Assembly (NCBI RefSeq): GCF_052425735.1
Contig: NC_135767.1
Location: 14,632,001-14,696,000 of the forward strand
Direction of reading: 5' to 3'
DNA length: 64,000 nt
From: Oculina patagonica
Taxonomy: Eukaryota
Position 1 is the stretch's first letter, and each line of letters starts with the position of its first letter. Under the pieces are notes generated by a model that made no database searches, had not been told where the DNA came from, and worked only from the letters and a program-made list of their open reading frames with translations. This document shows positions 61,749-64,000 of this stretch, piece by piece. A program made the position numbers and the translations under genes.

Positions 61749-62954
61749 ATTTTAGGGATTGATAGTGCACAAAACCTGACAGAATACAACAGGTGGCTAC
61801 GTTTGTTTATGCAGCTAACCAATAAAAACATTGCGATGACATAACTAATGCATAGTGTATAATATGAGCGCAAAACGGAAGATATTCACCGTCATGGACC
61901 TTCAAAATTAAACCTTGGCTTATTTGTTTGCTTTTTTGATGTTTACCGGGCTTCCTAACCATTTCCTTCTATTAACTATGTTTAAAAGACTATTAAAAAA
62001 TATTGAAACTGTGTAAAATATCAAATAATAATATAAAAAAAAAATAAAACAAATCTTACTAACAACAAGGTCTTTGCAAGTGATTGGTGGCCCGCCATTA
62101 CTGCACATGAACACCAAATTCTGTTAAGCGTACATCCGGCGGATCAGTAATAATAAAATAATTTCAAAATCGACTAATGTGAAATTATCTTAGCTTTTTT
62201 TTGAGTTAACAACATCAAACATCGGCCCTTTTGCCTCGATGACTAATGGCTTGTTTGAAATTCGAATTGATATTTATAAAAAAGGTGTTCTTTGACAATA
62301 GTCTGTAGTGTACGCCAAAGATGAAATAGAAAGATTTGATGTAATGTTGTATTCATTCGACGAGTTCACATGGCAGATGTTTTTCCCAAGTCTTTACAAC
62401 GCCTCAAATCAATCCAAGTACTTTACGAACTAAAAGTCAAATTTTGATTCAATGCCTAGTTTGACATTTCAGTGACGTGCGAACCCAAGAGATTCCCAAT
62501 ATTTGCATGGTAATACGTAAAATGATCGACAGCAGTTTTATTTACACAGGTAGGTTTTGCCGTTTCCAATCATCTTTTTCTTCGTCTTTTTCAACTCTCT
62601 TAGAACACCACAAAGCCCAACTCCAGCTGTAGTTTAGCGAGAGAAGATAAGGAAGTGTTGCAAAATAAGAACAATTGAGTAACAAGTATTGTGCTGCGAT
62701 TGTGCAAACGTTCTTTTTAATACATCGGTCCTTGTTAGCAATATAATGCCTCATGGCATTGTCTCAGAGCTGCTGTTTAGACAGGCACACGGGAGGCATT
62801 ATCGTGTTAATGTTGCCATATCTTGTATTGATCACTTAGTGCGAGATTCAGTGAAAACAGTAGGGCTGGAGCAGAAATCTTTGCCTTGATTCCATCTGCT
62901 ATGGTGAAGCACAAGTCTTTGTAATTTAGCAGAAAAAGTACAATTTTAGAAACA

Positions 62955-63185
62955 GCGGTTCGTTTATCAAAGTCGCGAAAAGATTTCGCACCGGAAAAGT
63001 CATAGCAAAATCTCAAATTTAAGATTGCAGGTGACTTTTATTCACATATTTTTAATATGAACAGAAGCTCTCATCGTACAGAGTTTTAGGTTTTGTATAC
63101 TTCTCTTCATTTTAAAGATAAAGATAACTAAGAAAACGGCTTCGCGAGTACGAAAAGTGTCAGAGGCTTTCGATAAACGGGACTC
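62955..63185. mobile_element. Degenerate MITE
   Basis: GGTTCGTTTATCAAAGTC / GGCTTTCGATAAACGGGAC imperfect TIRs. Confidence 0.45.
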
Positions 63186-63531
63186 AAGACTTGTTCCTTC
63201 TTTCCGAGTTACAACAATTGTAACACTTTTGACAGGGGTGAACTTCAAATTCCCTGCAACCGAAAATACAAGCTTTACTTATAATTGGGTGCACACCCCC
63301 TGCTAGTTCTGCTATTGCTGGACATTCATTCTCCGGCTTGCGAAAAATCAAGTCATATCTGATTTGCACTTGTGCACTTGCATCATGATCTCATACTGAT
63401 GACATCTGTTTAACCTTTGTTACAAACACAAAAGGAGGATGTTCCAAGGGTGCATCCTTGAATACCAGAATCAATGAACACGGTAAGAGGCCAATAAAAC
63501 TGAGGTTAAAAATCGGGTCAAGCTAAATGAC

Positions 63532-63595
63532 GTGGGTGGGTGGGTCGTGGGTCGTGGGTCGTGGGTCGTGGGTCGTGGGTCGTGGGTCGTGCGTC
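63532..63595 (+). repeat. (GTGGGTC)n heptamer array
   Basis: 7 perfect units (63540-63588) plus one degenerate unit. Confidence 0.9.
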
Positions 63596-64000
63596 GTGGC
63601 ACGTTCGCCCACTATGCCAAGGAGCATTCTCACCGTTTCTTTTAATTAACAAAAAACATATATGTTTTTCATGTCTGGCGCACCGTTTCGCTTTTTTCCC
63701 TTCATGTCTGCCGGACAGTATTACGGAAGCGGCCCGAAAATTGCAAATATTTGATCGACCTTGGTGTGTATGCTGCTTACCGAGAATTTTCTGATCGGCA
63801 GCGTTTTGGTAGCAATCAATTTATTGAACGATTTTATGTACGTAGGCTTTGGTGGTTCTTCATTCCGTGTCGAGTAAATGATCATGTCATTCATTTATTT
63901 GTTTTTCCAATTTTATCAGGGAAGTCACGCTAGCCAATATAGTCTATAATTTATAAAAATTCGTGGATTTTCTTGGTCTTTTCAAGTGAAAAAATTACAA

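Noticed and set aside
62540-63420. Possible minus-strand Cys-rich exons
   Set aside because: Stops in every frame I tried and no coherent splice model; may be a decayed gene but cannot be supported.

Overview
AT-rich eukaryotic DNA, most likely a stony coral or other anthozoan (inferred from receptor type and repeat landscape; not verifiable here). Most of the window is a tandem array of intronless class A (rhodopsin-like) 7TM receptor genes of about 280-290 aa. I count 9 intact genes (1 minus strand, 8 plus strand) and 7 frameshifted, nonsense-bearing or fragmentary copies, each with a co-duplicated upstream cassette. The receptors are atypical: almost no N-terminus, no D3.32, no C3.25-ECL2 disulfide, and CYG instead of CWxP in TM6, echoing olfactory receptors. 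An E-box (CCANNTGG) about 120 bp upstream of the ATG is kept in all 8 intact plus-strand genes and is broken or displaced in the dead copies. This suggests a chemosensory-type birth-and-death cluster with shared bHLH control. The left edge holds a GT10 fucosyltransferase-like gene missed by the ORF track, with a non-canonical donor-binding motif. Intergenic DNA is dense with non-autonomous transposons, including a 7.6 kb four-level nest whose Helentron-like layer may carry a small spliced gene. Alignments and counts were done by eye; TE superfamily names are inferred from termini and TSDs only.
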